From NCBI RefSeq assembly GCF_036321535.1, contig NC_087436.1, positions 115,260,001 to 115,324,000 of the forward strand: a stretch of 64,000 nt of DNA, given 5' to 3'. Position 1 is the stretch's first letter. The number at the start of each line of letters is the position of its first letter. A program made the position numbers and the translations under genes. The DNA is from Camelus dromedarius (taxonomy: Eukaryota). The notes beneath the pieces are model-generated. The model saw nothing but the letters and a program-made list of their open reading frames with translations. It was not told where the DNA came from and ran no database searches. This document shows, in pieces, positions 25,430 through 37,646 of the stretch.

Positions 25430-25950
25430 TTTTAGAAGCTGCATAATATAATATGTGAAAACATTCTAGTTAGTCAATTTTATATTTTTCACCATTGAGA
25501 TTACTTTCAGGTTTTTGTTCTGTAAATAATATTGGTGTGGATCTCAAAAGATATGTTTTCCATATTAAACTCTATTTGTCAACTCTGTTGATTCTTATCT
25601 ACCTACAGTGTATTGAAATTCATGCTTGCCACCGTTATTAACATTTTTTCAATAGTTGCAATTTGAGAGACAAACTTCTATTACTTTTACCTTGGTATCT
25701 TTAAAAAAGTATAATTATTAATATTTCTTAATGTATGAAGTTTCTGTGATCCTTATCATTTGTCTACTCTATTTGCTGTTTTTCCCCTTAAAAATTGATC
25801 TATTTTAGCTCAATTAAATAAATTAGCTATTTATTCATTATGAATAATAACTCTTTAATACAACTGTTGCATTTATTTGCTATTTTTTCTTTGAATTTTA
25901 TTCAGTAAAGTTTTGTTAAAAGCATGTTTTCTCTCTTTTTAATTTTTTTA
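25430..25950 (-). mobile_element. Highly decayed L1ME-type 3' fragment
   Basis: 'gctgcataata', 'gattactttcaggtttttgttctgtaaataat', 'cctacagtgtattgaaatt'. Confidence 0.45.
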
Positions 25951-27789
25951 CTTAACTCTTTAGAACACTTCTCTGCTTATTTCATTACGTTTATTCTTAA
26001 CCTGTATTCAGACCCAAGCATTCGATACTGTTACTTAATCTTCCAGGAGCTTTGTGTGTGATGTTGTTGTTGTTGTTGAACTCTCTGGGACTCGTTTTAA
26101 AGTATGTTGTGAGGTTATCAGCAGGTCAATACTCTTACGAAGGCCCGATGTCTTGTGATCCCATGACAGAAACACAGCATTTGTACCTTAAAGGACCCTC
26201 ATCAGCCCTCCTCCCAGAGCCAGACACCCAGCTTCAGGCCACCCTGGAGGCACAAGTGCTGGTGTTCCCAGGTGCTCTGGTCGTACCCGTGGGAAAGGGT
26301 GGGGGGTCAGAGAGCTCCCGAAGGGAAGAAACCACACAGGTGTGGTCCAGGCTCCTGGCAGGCATAGCACTGCCATCTCTAGAAGGCAAAGGGGACTCAG
26401 AAGATTTTGAGAAATACCCTTGGGATTGTGGAAGGATTGAGGGTGGACAGATAATGCCTTACGATGCAGGACTTTTTCTGTTTAAGGATAAAACTGTAGA
26501 GAGGTTAAGAGCTGTGCATAAGACAGAACAACGGCAATGATGAAGGTGTCACTGGTGTGTTTTAGTAGAAGAGAGATTCTCCCAAGACAGAGTCTCATAC
26601 TCTCTCAAATCAGACTCTTGTTCTAAAATCAGTTACTTTTGAGATTATGTTTTTATAAAGGAAATATTTATCATTACCACATAGCTTTCAAAAATATGGT
26701 TTATGATTTCTTAATCAGGTTAACAGTACATGTCTGTCCAGTAGTATGTGAAATTATGCATACACACATACCTGCCTGTACATTTCTCTTAGCTCATTTC
26801 CTGGTTCATGAGAAGCACTCGGAATCGGTTAGCTTCCTCCCAGGCCCAGTGGATGGTCAGCCAACAGTCACCCTGCTAGAAGGCCAGTTGGTGTTCAGTC
26901 CCTATTCCTTGTACCCACTGTAAGGAACTTCATTTGCTTTCCACCATGGATAAAACATTGGGTCAGTTGTAAAGTAAGTAAATCTAACTGAGACAAGATG
27001 AACACTTTATTTCATTATTTAACCGTACTTTCTGAAGCATAGACCGTGCAAATATTCTATAAATGAATTTTGAAGACTGTTGTATTAAACAATCTATATT
27101 CAGATATAAAGACAAGAAAGAAATACGGATATGAAAGTAACTATGTTTGGGAGATGAAAATATAAGTGATGACTTTCTTCCCTGCTCTTCAAGTAATTTT
27201 AACCATTTTGTGATAGTGTTTTTTAAATTGAAAGACTAAAAATAAAATTAAAGCATATGTGTACACACTATAAAGATATTTCAATATTTCAATATATAAC
27301 ACCTTTTGCAAAAGTGAAAGATTTTTTATTCTCTTAATATTTTAAAGGTATGTGTAGCCAGCTGGAAATTCTGATTTCTTTTCACCACTTGCCTTAGTGT
27401 CCCTTCCAAATTCTTCTGCATCCGCGGCCGACCTCCCCTTCCCTTCTTTATGTAATAATGGAAGCATTTTTCTGGGCAATGCTGATATAAGGGCCTTTTG
27501 CTCCCTTTAATTTTTCTCCCCATTTTCTCATTTTAATAGTTTCTTTCCTCATCACTCATGAAGGTTTCTAAGATGTTGTCTCCCACAGGACTTAAAAATG
27601 CCTGCAGTTGGCCAGACTTTTGCAAGGGGGTCACGTGCAGGATTTATAATTAAGTGATGACAGAGAGGTCCTCCCTTGGATGGAATAAAAACAGATCTCT
27701 GCAGGTAGGTGTGCAACTGGGGAGAGTAAAGAATTGATGCTGCCAAGAGTGAAGTGTTTGAAAATAAAGAATCTCAAAATTGATTTGTA

Positions 27790-27935
27790 AGCCCTCTGGA
27801 GCAAGCTGCTAGTTACTAGGCACCAGGCCTTCAGACCTTCATCCTTATCTGTAAAATAGCATATGATTTTGGGTTCAGTCTAACCCTCATGGCTGTGGTG
27901 AGGATGAAAGATGGTAAAGCGTTTAATACAGAGCC
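27790..27935 (+). mobile_element. MIR fragment
   Basis: 'ccttatctgtaaaatag...ctcatggctgtggtgaggatgaaagatggtaaagcgtttaatacagagcc'. Confidence 0.65.
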
Positions 27936-30204
27936 GCAATCTCTTCCGGACTTCAAAAGGAAGGGGGTGGATCTTTTTAGTTCTAAACTCTCCCCTCGAA
28001 GCATAGCCTGCTTATTGCGACGCACACTGGTTGAAGGTTAAGGGCTCCTGACTTCTTTCACGGCCCAGCTGAAAGGAAATAATGAACAAGAACAGGATTT
28101 GACTAGGAGAGGCATTCTTGGAAGCAGTTTTGTGGGGGGCAGATGAGCCAGCTGATGGCACTACCAAATCTAATTAATTGCAGTGTTGATTACTCTATCA
28201 ACAAATACAAAATGACATCCTGCAGCCCAGGTTCACGTCCCTGAGAAACATGCCTAATATATAATGTATAAGCATCATGGAACACTTACTTAGTCTAAAT
28301 TAAGCTGTGCCAAAATCAGCCCTCCAAAAAGCCCTGTTGTAGCTACTATGTTGGCAAAATTACAGCTACGTGAGCAGAACTGTCCGTTAAAGAGACCTTG
28401 TAGAGGCAAATCCCAAAATCCCAATTTTCTTTGTATATATTAAAAGAAAATGTCTAGCAACCCCATTATTTTTCACGTGGGAATATAATTATTGAGTCTC
28501 AATGAAGAAATCAAATATCACATAAATACACTGTGCTTCTTGTCAGTTTGATTTTTCATTTTTTCTTTGACTCGTTTATTTCAGATTTGATTCCGCCACC
28601 AGGGGTTGTCTGCCCTTTCTGGCTCCAGGGTGTTTCCATGTTGGCAAAACAGGGCCACTTGGCCTTGTCTAGCGCTCCTGGATTCAGTTTCTGCAGCTCT
28701 GCAAACCCCATGAAGCCCTTTGCTGATCAGTTACATCGCATGAAGCAAATATGGCCCATCACATCAGCTCAGAGTAGAGACAGGTTTCAGATTTTATTTT
28801 CATCAAGGCCCAGTCCAGTGTTGTGGTTTACCGCTTGTTTGATAAAGTAAGTGACATCAACTGTTATTAGCCTCATGGAGCTATCATACCATAATCAGCA
28901 CCGTGACTCCACTTAAATTTTTCTCACGTGCAATTTTTGAAAAATTATTATAAAATTGATGCAGACACATAATTTGAATATTAAAGTAGAAGTTATGAGC
29001 ACACATACTATATTGACGTGGCCCTGTAAGTGGTGTGTACGGCGGGGAGGGGTGTGTATTTTATGTACTATTGTCTCATCTAACATTCAGTAGAAACCTT
29101 CACTGGGTCGAACATTGAAGGTCAGTTCTGGGCCATCTGGCAGGGGCCTGCTGCTTCATTCCATCTCCAAATTGCCATTTGCACCACCCATTCAGTTGCC
29201 ATTTAACAGACCTTTATTAGACCCTACGCATTTGTATATTTATTGGAGGTAGAATTTTGGCCCAGGGGTGGGGGTGGATCATATGATTCCTTGAAAATGG
29301 AGACAGTGGCTTATGCATCTTGACAAGTCCTGCAGCAAATAGCAAAGTCTATTGTACATACTATTGTACATAATAGGGATTTTGTTCTTATTAGTTTAAT
29401 TCAAGTAACAGGGAGGGTCTGATAAGGCTTAAGTGTTAGTCTTTTTTTTTTTTTTTTCTTTCTTAAAGGATACTGTGCTTTTGTAGGAAAATGGTAATTG
29501 CTTTTTTCCTCTACCAAAAAAGTATACCACCTGACTCTGAAGGGTAAGGAAGGGCAGAGGAGAGGGTGTGTCTGGAGTCAGGGAAGAAGGAGGAATGATG
29601 GGCATCGTTGGCTGTGGGTGGTGTTTGGTTCAGTGCTGTGACTCCCTCCTCCAGTGTGTCAGACACTGAGATCTGTTCTGGGGTATTTGGTGGGGCTTGT
29701 CGTTTTATTACATCTCCAGGTCACCATATACACCATCCACCTTTTTCAGCTACACTGATCCCTCATCTTGGACATTTGTATTCATTTATTCATATGTTTA
29801 TAAGCCCCTGTTGTGCACCAAACTCTGGCCAGGTGTTTCTTGTGACCTGGCCCTTGATTACTTCTCCACCTTTGCTATGTCACTTTTTTTTTTTTTTTTT
29901 TTTTGCCTATTTTTACTTAATTAGTCACCGAGACTTTTGGTCACTTTTTCCAAGGCACCGAACTATTGCCCGTGTGATGTGGTACATGCTGCTGCTGCTG
30001 CTTCGAACGTAAACCAACATCTCCTTGCAGAAGTGATTGCTCTGTCATTTTTTATTTCGGTAATGTGTAATTTCACATCAAAGAGGCCTTCCATTACTGC
30101 TGCTGAGAATCCCCTTTACTCTTTAGTCACAGTCACTAACTTGATGATTTCATTGAACTTACTGAGCAAAAATGTTTATCTTATCTGTCAGTTTAGTTGT
30201 TTTT

Positions 30205-30357
30205 GACTGTCATTCACTCACACCATCCCTATTCCCAAAATGTAAGCACCGTGAGGGCAGGAATATAAAACAGTGAGACAGTTCTTTTTTTTTTTGAGAG
30301 TAGTCTCTGACATGTAGTGAGAGGCAATGCATATTTGATAACTAAGTGAATGAATGC
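30205..30357 (+). mobile_element. L2 3' end
   Basis: 'aatgtaagcaccgtgagggcagg...ctgacatgtagtgagaggcaatgcatatttgataactaagtgaatgaatg'. Confidence 0.65.
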
Positions 30358-30775
30358 AAGACACTTAAGGCAGAGCCCCTCCTATCACAATTGCATAATT
30401 TATTGCAGACTAAGTTATTAGAGAAGAAGACACGATGGGCTGAGATATAAGGTATAAACAAAGGTTCATGGATGCCCAGTGGAGGGTGCCAGGACCCAGA
30501 GCTGGGAAGTCAGGGCTAAGAGTGCAAAGCTGACCTCGAGAGACTAAGCCTTAATTTTCAAGAGGCACAGGATTAAGGGATAATAATACTTACCATAGTT
30601 ACATGTTAAAAATATTGCTAAAAGCTGAATCGTGTCCCTCTAAAATGTGTAAGTCAATAAGTCAAAGTCCTAACCCCTAATGTGATTGTATTTGGGATGA
30701 AAGCCTTTAGGAGGTGAGTAAGGTTAAATGAAGTTATAAGGGTGGAGCCTTAATCCTGTAGACTTGGTGGCCCCT

Positions 30776-31572
30776 TGGCTACCAAACTCAGTTTCAACTG
30801 CTCACTGCTCAAAAGACAATAATGGACAGGAACGTGTCAATAGAAAGGAAAAGTACTTTAATCAGAAAAGCCAGCAATCCGGGGAGAGGGTGGCCTCCTG
30901 TTCAGAGATCACTCTGAAGATTCTGCTCGGCCATGAAAGTTTTTAAAGGGAAAAATGAAGGAAAGGATGTCAGTGAATCACTGAGGTAGGAGACTGGGCT
31001 CTGCCTGCATCATTCTGATTTGTGCAGACTGGCTGACTCTCTTCAGTTATCTTGCCCCGTGGATCTGCCTGCAGGATTGCTAAGAGGATTGTTGGGGTTG
31101 GAGAGCTAATCATTCTTTTTTTTTTAATTTAAAAAATTTAAATTTATACTTAAATTTAAGTATAGTCAATTGCAGTGTGTCAATTTTTGGTGTACGCATA
31201 ATGTCCCAGTCATGCATATGCATACATATGTTCGTTTTCATATTTTTTTAATTAAAGGTTATTGCAAGATATGGAACATAGTTCCCTGTGCTATACAGAA
31301 TAAACTTTTTTAAAATCTATTTTTATATGTAGTGGCTAACATTTGTAATTCTCAAACTCTAATTATTCTTTAACTGCTTAATTCTTCATTCTTGGTTCTT
31401 TTTATCCATGAAAAGAATCAATAGCTTAGGCAAGGCATGGTGTGTATTCAAGAGAGCTTAAGTCAGGAGTTAGCTTCAATTGCTTAGTGGTCTCATTCCT
31501 ATAATTAGGTTCTTTTAAGGTTAGAGGGAACAGACATGGGCAAATAGGAAAGGGGCAAAAGAGCTGCTTTCA
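30776..31572 (-). mobile_element. Solo ERV1-type LTR 'a' (contains an L1 tail)
   Basis: Termini tggctacc...gctttca; 'actttaatcagaaaagccagcaatccggggaga' reads as an antisense R/U5 region; TSD degenerate. Confidence 0.75.
31119..31358 (-). mobile_element. Camelid L1 3' tail inside LTR a
   Basis: polyT + 'aagtatagtcaattgcagtgtgtcaatt...gttccctgtgctatacag'; TSD ctaatcattcttt (31106-31118) / ctaattattcttt (31359-31371). Confidence 0.9.
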
Positions 31573-31575
31573 CTA

Positions 31576-32061
31576 TGTGAACGAAAAATACTGCAAACCA
31601 TACAAGTAAACAAAGAACGCTGAAACCATCAAGTCATCAGCTGCTGACATCACCCCCCCAGTGAAGACAAGCCTGCAGCCCAGCCTCTGCAGCCACTCAC
31701 AGTGGTGCACCCTGAGGGGACTCAGAATAAGAAGGGACAGGAGACTGGCCGTAGATAGCTAGGTGCTTGTCAAAGGAATGAATTCAGTGAGTCCAAATAT
31801 TTGCTCCCTCCCATACATAGAAAAGCACTAAATTCTTTAACTTGGGATGCCTGGTTTTCTTCAGTTAACAAGTAATCTTTTAATGTTCCAACCACCTGGT
31901 CTTTGTTGTAAAGTTCCTATATATCCTAGTTCCTCCCCTTCCTCTTCAGAGCCGTCCCTCAGAGCAATCTGAGAGGCTGTCATTCGGGCTGAGTCCTCAG
32001 AATTGTCTACCGAATAAAATATAACTTTCAACTTTAGGTTGTGCATTTATTTCAGTCGACA
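31576..32061 (+). mobile_element. Solo ERV1-type LTR 'b'
   Basis: TG...CA termini (tgtgaacg...gtcgaca); TATA-like 'ctatatat' ~31917; AATAAA ~32013; exact 4-bp TSD acta/acta; no PBS. Confidence 0.92.
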
Positions 32062-32163
32062 ACTATAAGACAAGGAAGCAAGAGAGCTCTCTCTGCCGGT
32101 TCCGAGGGAAGACCCTGGGACAACAAGGGTCTGCTTGCAAGTCAGGAGAAGGGCTCTCACCAG

Positions 32164-33293
32164 TGTCGACTGAGATAAATGCACAGCCTAAAAGTTGAGA
32201 GTTATGTTTTATCTGGCGGACATTTCTAAGGGCTCGAACCCCTTCGAGCCCAGGATGACAGCCTCCCAGATCGCTCTGAGGGACTGCTCCACAGAGGTAG
32301 GGGAGGAGCCAGGATATATAGGAGCTTTACAACAAAGGCCAGGTAGTTGTGATGCAGGAAAATGGATGTGGGGCGTGAGGAGGCTTTGGTTGAGACCCTG
32401 AGACGTGCCCGCCAAGTGTGGATCCCTGGCTTCGTGCAGGAAAGAATTCAAGAGCGAGCCACAATTGAGTAAAGTAGATTTATTTAGAGAGATACGTTGA
32501 AAGGCAAGAGAAAGGCCACGAGGTATGGGAGTTGGGTGCTCAGATTAGAATAAAAGTAGGTACGCACTTCATAGACTGAGCGCAGGCCATCTTCAAAGGG
32601 CGGGGTGGGGGGTGAGTGGCAGCTGGAGGCAAAGCACCATGTTGCCAGTTTTTATGGGCTCAGTGGCTTCATATGCTAATAAGTGGAAGGACCAGTCTAA
32701 CTAGCCTGGGGAAGGGGCTGGGATTCCCAGGAAGTTGGCCATTTCCCACTCTTTGACCTTTTGTGGTTAGCCTTGGGACTGTCATGGTGCCTGTGGGCAT
32801 GTTATTCACCATGCTAACATATTACAATGGGCCTATAATGAAGCTCAAGATCTGCTAGAGTCAAACTTCCCACCATCTTGAGCCTCAAGGCCTCCTGGGG
32901 GTGGAATCTTTCACCATCTTGATGTTAATTGCTGTAGCATTCCTTGAATGGCTGTGCCCTACCCCCTTCCTGTCTCAGTTGGAACATTAAAAGATTACTA
33001 GTTAACTAAAGAAAACCAGGCATCTCACGTTAAAGAATTTAGTGCTTTTCTATGTATGGGAGGGAGCAAACATTTGGATTCATTGTATTCATTCCTTTGA
33101 CAAGCATCTAGCTATCTAGGGCCAGTGTCCTGTCCTTTCTTATTCTGAGTCCCCTCAGAGGGCACCACTGTGAGTGGCTGCAGAGGCTGGGCTGCAGGCT
33201 TGTCTTCACTGGGGGGTGGTGGCAGCAGCTTATGACTTGATGGCTTCAGCAGTCTTTATTTACTGATATGCTTTGCAGTATTTTTCATTCACA
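32164..33293 (-). mobile_element. Solo LTR 'c', same family as b, inverted, interrupted by LTR d
   Basis: tgtcgactga...ttcaca; exact TSD ccag/ccag; reverse-complement similarity to 31576-32061 along its length. Confidence 0.92.
32350..32977 (-). mobile_element. Solo ERV1-type LTR 'd' nested in LTR c
   Basis: tgatgc...gtctca; exact TSD gttg/gttg; 'tttatt' (antisense polyA signal) ~32479; 'ttcgtgcaggaaagaattcaagagcgagcc' is a MER4-group-like motif. Confidence 0.9.
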
Positions 33294-33354
33294 CCAGCAA
33301 CCAGCCCTGCCAGACCTTGACCTAGGACTTCCAGCTTCCAGAACCCTGAGGAAA

Positions 33355-33767
33355 TGTTATGGAAATGACAGGCCAGTCAAGAAACAAGCACTACTCGGAG
33401 GGTTGGAGTACTCAGATGTATTACGCCGGCGGGCTCAGAGGGGCTTCTGCTCCGAAGCTCTGAGCACCTCCAAGACGTGCGCATGAGGTTTTACAGGGTA
33501 AAGTACAAGCTTGGGGTATTCGGCCAGTAGGCATGGAACAGCTTTAGCAGCATTATCATCACAAAAGTTGGGGCGGGGAGGCAGCAAACCAACATTCCAA
33601 AGCCAGATATATATCTTTGAAAACCCAGCTGGCTAGCAAAAAACATGAACAGCAAACCAACACTAATTAACTTAGATTCACAAGTTAGTCCTGCAGAACT
33701 CAGATCAGTATTCCGATACTTAGATTTGTGAGTTATCTTGTTAGGCCAGCCCAGCTTTTCCTTCACA
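33355..33767 (-). mobile_element. Solo ERV LTR 'e'
   Basis: tgttatgg...ccttcaca interrupting the MLT1A sequence 'gaggaaa|aaataaattt'; relatively CpG-rich; TSD ambiguous in the A run. Confidence 0.85.
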
Positions 33768-34683
33768 AAATAAATTTGTGATTTTTCAGCTACCCAGCCT
33801 GTGGCGTTTTGAAATGGCAGCCCCCAGCTGACTAATTCAAGTATAAACAGGAAAGATTTCTTAGTTAAGATTTCTTCATTAAAATTTCTCAATCTATGCT
33901 GAGCCCCAAGAAGGTTCCTTTTCATCCACTTCTTTTAACTTTATTTCTTTTTATTCCTTGCTCCTGAGATTTTCATCATCTTCGCCATATATCCTTTCAC
34001 TATAACTTGCCTCAAATGCCATTGGGAAACAATTAGATTATAAAAAAGTAAGTAATGATAAAGTTTTCCTTACCCTAAAACACTCAGCAATTAACATTCT
34101 TTTTAAAACATTCTAAGTCAAAGGAGAAGATTATTTGTTGATTGCTGCTTTTTTGTTTTTTTCAGTTTTTTTCCTGCCTCTGGCAGTATTAAACCTATAT
34201 CTCTGGACCTGCTATAATGCAATTCATTTTAATTGTGAGGGCAGAACTGCTGGGGTTATGACTAATTCATCTCTTTGCAGTATACCTACTTCTTTATGGC
34301 TGCTTAATAAGTAATATTAACTTTGTTTGGCTTTTAAACCTAAGATATTGTTCACTATTACCCAGAGGTTTATCAGACGGTGCCAGACTTCCCAAGTGAC
34401 ACTTAGGAAGTCCTCTTTTCAGGAGGTAAAAGAGCAATAATCTTCTATGTGTGCTTCAAAAATATCACTGTATTGAGAATTCTTTATTTTTCCAGTAAAA
34501 GTCACTCACATAGAGAAAGCTAAGAATTTTGCATCGGAAATTCAGTTTGAAACCAAGTTCCCCTAAAACTGAGCTCCTCAGCCGATTTTATGATTAACCT
34601 CTATCCAAAACTTTATTCCCTTTCTTGTCCCACACCTGCTTCTCTCAAGATTGAGAGGTCTCAAAAAAAATGGGGGGGGGGCT

Positions 34684-35319
34684 TGAAACCAAGCAGGACC
34701 TCTTGGGTATAAAAAACCCCTCCACGCCCCCCATTTCTTGTTTGTAGAAAAACGCTGTCATCTCCTAGGTCTTCCCTGAGTTCCAAAAAGCAAGCATAGC
34801 AGCTAGTTACTAACTACGGAAGTGAGGAAATGCAGAGACATAGGAAAAGCAGTTTAACAAGGAAAGTTATTATAATAGTTCAGAAATAAAACAGAGTCCT
34901 AGTTCTTCCTGATGGAGGGGTATGCGGAGCAATCTGATGGATAGCTGAGTTATTCTTCAGGAACCAGGACCACCCCCCCAGTCCCCGAGGTGGAGGATGG
35001 TGATGTCACAAGCACTAGATCCCAGACCAGTTGGAATCAGAAGATTGATGACTGAAATTTCTGAAACACCGCCCTGTTACCTCCCCACCAACTGATCAGA
35101 AGAAAGTCATGAGTCCTACGGCCCTCACTCCCTAATATTGCCTTTAAGAATGCTCCCCTGAAAACCATTGGGAAGTTCAGGTCTTTTGAAAATAAGCTGT
35201 CTGTTCTCCTTGCTTGGAGCCCTGCAGTAAATGCTGTCCTTTTCTTTACCACAAACTGGTGTCAGTCAATTGGCTTTTCTGCTCAGAGGGTGAGCAGACC
35301 CAAGTTGGGTTCCCTGGCA
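34684..35319 (+). mobile_element. Solo ERV1-type LTR 'f'
   Basis: tgaaaccaagcaggacc...; 'gcctttaagaa' TATA-like; 'cagtaaatgctg' polyA-like; ends 'gacccaagttgggttccctggca'. Confidence 0.8.
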
Positions 35320-35819
35320 AGTTCACCCGGGGATATGGCGACAGAACAAAATGCAACTTTCCATGAAATTTGTGTACCGTTTCTTCAATGTAGTTTTAAA
35401 ATTTTAAATTAAAAAAAAAATTTAAGAGCTCTACTTCTTGAGCTGATTCATCCATAGCTGGTGGATAGAACAGAGATTTTTAGGCAGAGAGTTAAATAAC
35501 CAGTGTATCCAGCCCAGGTTACTTAATCATGCTAAGCTTAATTTTCCACATCTGGAAAGCAGAAAGTTATGATACCTTGGGAAGAGATAATAGACGTAAC
35601 ATGCACGTAGTAAATACTCAAAAATGTTCCTATCAATACTGAAAATGTACAAACTGTGCTGAGTTCTGAAATTAATAAATTGGTGACCATTAGGTATGCC
35701 ATTTATTTATCTGAGTTTTAGTCACTATGTATAAAATTGAGATTAGAAGATATGATACACATATTTCTCAGGGATCAGAAAATAAAGTAACTGGATGTTT
35801 GTTAAGGTGATGTGGTGTT

Positions 35820-36196
35820 CTGGTGGTTCGTTTTATATATCAACTTGGTTGGGCTATAGTGCCCAGTTATGTGGTCAAACATTATTCAGGATGTTTTGGT
35901 GAGAGTATTTTTTAATGAGATTAACATTTTAATCAGTGGACTTTGAGTAAAGCAGATTGCGCTCCGTGATGTGCATGGGTCTCATCCAGTCAGCTGAAAG
36001 CTTGAATATAACAAAAGACTGATCCTCCATTCCCCTCCCAGCAAGAGAGCATTCTGCCAGCAGATGACCTTCAAACTTGACCTACAGGTTTTGGACTTTC
36101 CAGTTGCAATGATTCTGTGAGCTAATTCTTTAGCATCAGTCTATCTTTATACACACCCTATTGGTTCTGCTTCTCTGAAGAGTACTGACTAATACA
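35820..36196 (+). mobile_element. ERVL LTR (MLT2B/D-like)
   Basis: 'ttttatatatcaacttggttgggcta', 'gactttgagtaaagcagattg', end 'cctattggttctgcttctctg...gactaataca'. Confidence 0.88.
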
Positions 36197-36352
36197 TAGG
36201 TAGGTTGATTTATTTAAACTCCCATAAAATATTTATCAAACACCTAATGTATACTGACTGTACAGAATCCTAAACAATAAGGACAGAGTGGTAAATAATA
36301 TAGAGAAAGCCTTGACCTCACGGAGCTTACATATTGGTGTGAGATAGACAGG

Positions 36353-36812
36353 TGCGAAGTAAAAGTCATACTTGTATGGCAAGACAAGGGAAATTTAAAC
36401 AAAACATTTCTCTGCCTTTTGGCTTCCTCTCCCCCCACACTGTGCACTGTGTGTTTGCATTATGCATTGACCAGCCCTTTCCCACTGTCAGAAATACTTG
36501 CTCGGCTGGGAAACAGAACATTCTCCTAGCATCAGCAAAACAACTCCTTAAAAGATAATATCCCCTCTTGATCTTATAAGGAGCCACATGACCCACCACA
36601 ATGAGGCTTAGATCTGGATTATGCAAACTGTAATACGTCATACGATGTACAGCCCTGTCTCAAAAAAAATGTATAACTGTGCTTTACTTCTAAGTGGTGG
36701 AACATTTCTCAGAGTTTTCTGGGATGTTCTTCCCAGGTTATAATACTTAAGTTTAGCTTAGATAAAATTTTTCATTTCTTTCTTAAATCAACTGATTAAT
36801 TTTTTGGCGACA
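36353..36812 (+). mobile_element. Solo ERV1-type LTR 'g'
   Basis: tgcgaagt...ggcgaca; TSD cagg/caga; TATA-like 'gtataac'; 'gataaaa' polyA-like; interrupts the L2. Confidence 0.8.
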
Positions 36813-36888
36813 CAGACAAATAGCAAGACAGCATTATTTCATGTAGTAATAAGTGTTATGGAAAAAAGGAAACAGGGAGGAATGATAG

Positions 36889-37312
36889 TGTACCTAGTGA
36901 GAGAACATGAAGACAGGTGTCCTCTGTTTGCCCCCCATGTCCGCTCTCTACCTGCCCCTACCACACGCTCTGCTTTGGAAGGAAGCTGACTCAGGGAGAC
37001 TGCATTAATCGGTGTCCTCAGGCTTCTTGATGATAGAAATCAGAAGAAAGTGAAATCTGAATATTTATTTATTTTTTGATCCCTCCGCACAAGGTGACTT
37101 TGAGCTGGCTTTGTCCCTTTTCTCTAAGTCACTGTTCCTAGGTATCTACAAAGCTATCCTTCATTCTGGCTTCTGATATCTCTTAACACTCTGTATTACT
37201 CTGGGTTCCTGCACTATCACTAGTGAGTTTCTTATACTCTTGGAAAAATAAATCCTCAACGTATCCTGTTTTGAGTGTGTCATATGTTTCTTGTTGGTAT
37301 CTGAGTGATACA
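36889..37312 (+). mobile_element. ERVL LTR (LTR33-like)
   Basis: 'ggaagctgactcagggagactgcatt', 'ttttgagtgtgtcatatgtttcttgttggtatctgagtgataca'. Confidence 0.7.
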
Positions 37313-37646
37313 AAACCATCAAAGAAGTTCTCATGAGGGGTGATGTTAAACTGAGGCCAACATATTGAGAAGGAGCTAGCCGTATGAAAATATTTGGAAG
37401 AAGATTCCAAGGAGAAAGAAGAGCAAGGGTAAATGTCCTCGAGATAGAAAGCAAATATGATGTTTGAAGAATAGGAAGAAGGTCAATGTGGCTGGTGTGT
37501 TGAGTGACAAAGAGAATGTGGGAGGAGGTCAGAATAGTAGGCAGTGACATATATATCAGCTGGAGTAAACACGATTAAAGCCTCAGAAGTGTTTTAAACA
37601 GAGGAGCAGAGAAATGTGAATTATTCTTTTTATAGTAGAAGATCTC

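Larger units (their letters stand above)
30616..33839 (+). mobile_element. MLT1A-type MaLR LTR split into pieces (30616-30775, 32062-32163, 33294-33354, 33768-33839) by nested insertions
   Basis: Pieces join in consensus order: 'tgctaaaagctgaat...ggtggagcct' / 'ataagacaagg...gggctctcaccag' / 'ccagccctgcc..ggacttccagcttccagaac' / 'aaataaattt...gcagcccccagctgactaattca'; TSD aatat/agtat. Confidence 0.88.
36200..37646 (-). mobile_element. L2 3' region split by two LTRs (pieces 36200-36352, 36813-36888, 37313-37646)
   Basis: 'aatatttatcaaacacctaatgt', 'gacctcacggagcttacat', 'aataagtgttatggaaaaa', 'gaagaaggtcaatgtggctgg'. Confidence 0.75.

Noticed and set aside
26052..26540. 162-aa ORF with a hydrophobic N-terminus
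   Set aside because: The poly-Leu derives from a (TTG)n run; no recognisable domain or splice context. Probably a chance ORF in a GC-richer patch.
30776..36812. Intact provirus between the LTRs
   Set aside because: No PBS, PPT or gag/pol/env sequence; the LTRs differ in family or orientation and several have their own TSDs.
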